From assembly GCA_030248215.1 (NCBI GenBank), contig JASANG010003092.1, positions 744,001 to 808,000 on the forward strand: a stretch of DNA of 64,000 nt. The letters are read 5' to 3'. Position numbers and translations under genes: made by a program. Source of the DNA: Enoplolaimus lenunculus. Lineage: Eukaryota. Positions 62,750-64,000 of this stretch are shown piece by piece. Under the pieces are notes generated by a model that saw only the letters and a list, made by a program, of their open reading frames with translations, ran no database searches and was not told where the DNA came from. Position 1 is the first letter of the stretch; each line of letters starts with the position of its first letter.

Positions 62750-62928
62750 TAGAAAATTTTGCGTAATAAATGATTTTAAATAAGATACTGAAAATTTTAC
62801 ACCTATACCTATTGCAAGCATATGAGACATGCTTGGCCGTGTGGATATGCAACTGCATTGCACTATATAGTATGCTTTCAGGCGGCATACGGTTAACATA
62901 TAGTCGAAGATAGAACCAGTTAGAGGGA

Positions 62929-63065
62929 CGGGCTGCGTGGCGCAGTGCTACAGTGCTTGCTTTGGAATCCTAAGGGCGCTAGTTCGAGGTCCACTATGTA
63001 TGACCGCTATTCCAGATGCTTAGTTAAAAAGGTATGATGTCCCAGCTCCTACTTAGACTGACACC
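62929..63065 (+). mobile_element. tRNA-derived SINE-like sequence
   Basis: GGGCTGCGTGGCGCAGTG (A box) ... AGTTCGAG (B box) followed by a tail shared with 43546-43680; no full cloverleaf. Confidence 0.65.
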
Positions 63066-63303
63066 GATGTAACGATATATAGACAGCTAAGCTTATTTTG
63101 CAGCCTGGACCATATTATCGAATTTGTGTTGCACTTATCACCAATTAACGATAGGTCATGTACAAATTGCAAATCAGTGAATGATGAGTTTCGAAATTTA
63201 GGACATTTTTTGCATTTGATTTGCTATACTTGAGTATCAATTTTGAGAACCCCAATTGAAGAGTTCGTCAGTTTGAAAACGTATCTCTAACAGGTTATAG
63301 GAG

Positions 63304-63734
63304 CTACTGTAGTGACCCAAATAAGAAGGGTTAATAAGAGGGGGTCCCCATTTTGAGTCGCAATCAATAAGAGTCTGTATCCCTAATAAGAATCCTTAAG
63401 CTGATAGAGTCCCCAAACCCTAATTAGAGTCCATAAATGTCAATTAACTCAAATGGTAGTGCATAAGTGACGCCAGTACCAAATAAAGTTGAGTTCGATA
63501 TTTTAACGCGTTTTAAAAGTACATTCCTCATTATAGCCTTGCATTATCGCTCAAGCATTTGATACAAGACAAATAAACGTTTAATTCAACTAATAGTTGC
63601 AATACCGGATAAATATCAGTAACCAGTGCATGGCGGATTAAAACAAATTACAGTCCGTAACCGGATAACATAAGTGAATTCTCTAGAGAGGCCAAATGAA
63701 TATTAGTCCCCCTCTGATTCGGGCGACTACGGTA
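63304..63734. mobile_element. Approximately 430-bp TA-flanked MITE (Tc1/mariner-pogo-like termini)
   Basis: TACTGTAGTGACCCAAATAAGAAGG ... CCTCTGATTCGGGCGACTACGGTA; homologous copy at about 42132-42562. Confidence 0.78.
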
Positions 63735-64000
63735 GTAAAACTCATTTGTGAATATGGTTCCAGGAACAATAACCGCATATTTAAGCTATTAAGTATCGGT
63801 GATGTTGAACTAAACTATGGAACAAATGAAGAATCCCTGCTGTGTCACTCTTCCCCCCAACTTTCCTAATTTTCAGATTTAGGAATGAACTTAAAATTAG
63901 GCCTTAGGCCTACACTTAAGCTCAACCTGAACAGGAACACATACATAAATTATGTCATAAAGCTTCAAAATGTACATTTTCACCAAACCAAAACCTTTTT

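Overview
AT-rich eukaryotic (animal) genomic DNA, probably nematode. This is inferred from abundant TTAGGC repeats and frequent TTTCAG/TTTTAG splice acceptors. Most of the window (about 9.6-62.7 kb, minus strand) is one apparently complete polycystin-1-like (PKD1/REJ-family) gene. I reconstructed it by hand as 55 GT-AG exons with consistent phases (about 8.27 kb CDS, about 2,750 aa). Domain order: signal peptide, LamG/pentraxin-like, WSC, several PKD repeats, short REJ, GAIN/GPS, TM1, PLAT, TM2-5, TOP, TRP-like S1-S6 channel. The first two coding exons of a DEG/ENaC channel gene (minus strand) run off the left edge. Introns and intergenic DNA hold many short non-autonomous elements: TTAGGC-filled MITEs, TTAA/piggyBac-type MITEs with tRNA-like cores, DINE-1/Helentron-like elements, TA-flanked MITEs and tRNA SINEs. 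The most notable features are three tandem duplications that copy splice sites of the PKD1-like gene, including a 13-copy 168/169-bp satellite that repeats an exon end plus its donor. All coordinates were read by eye, and repeat boundaries are approximate.
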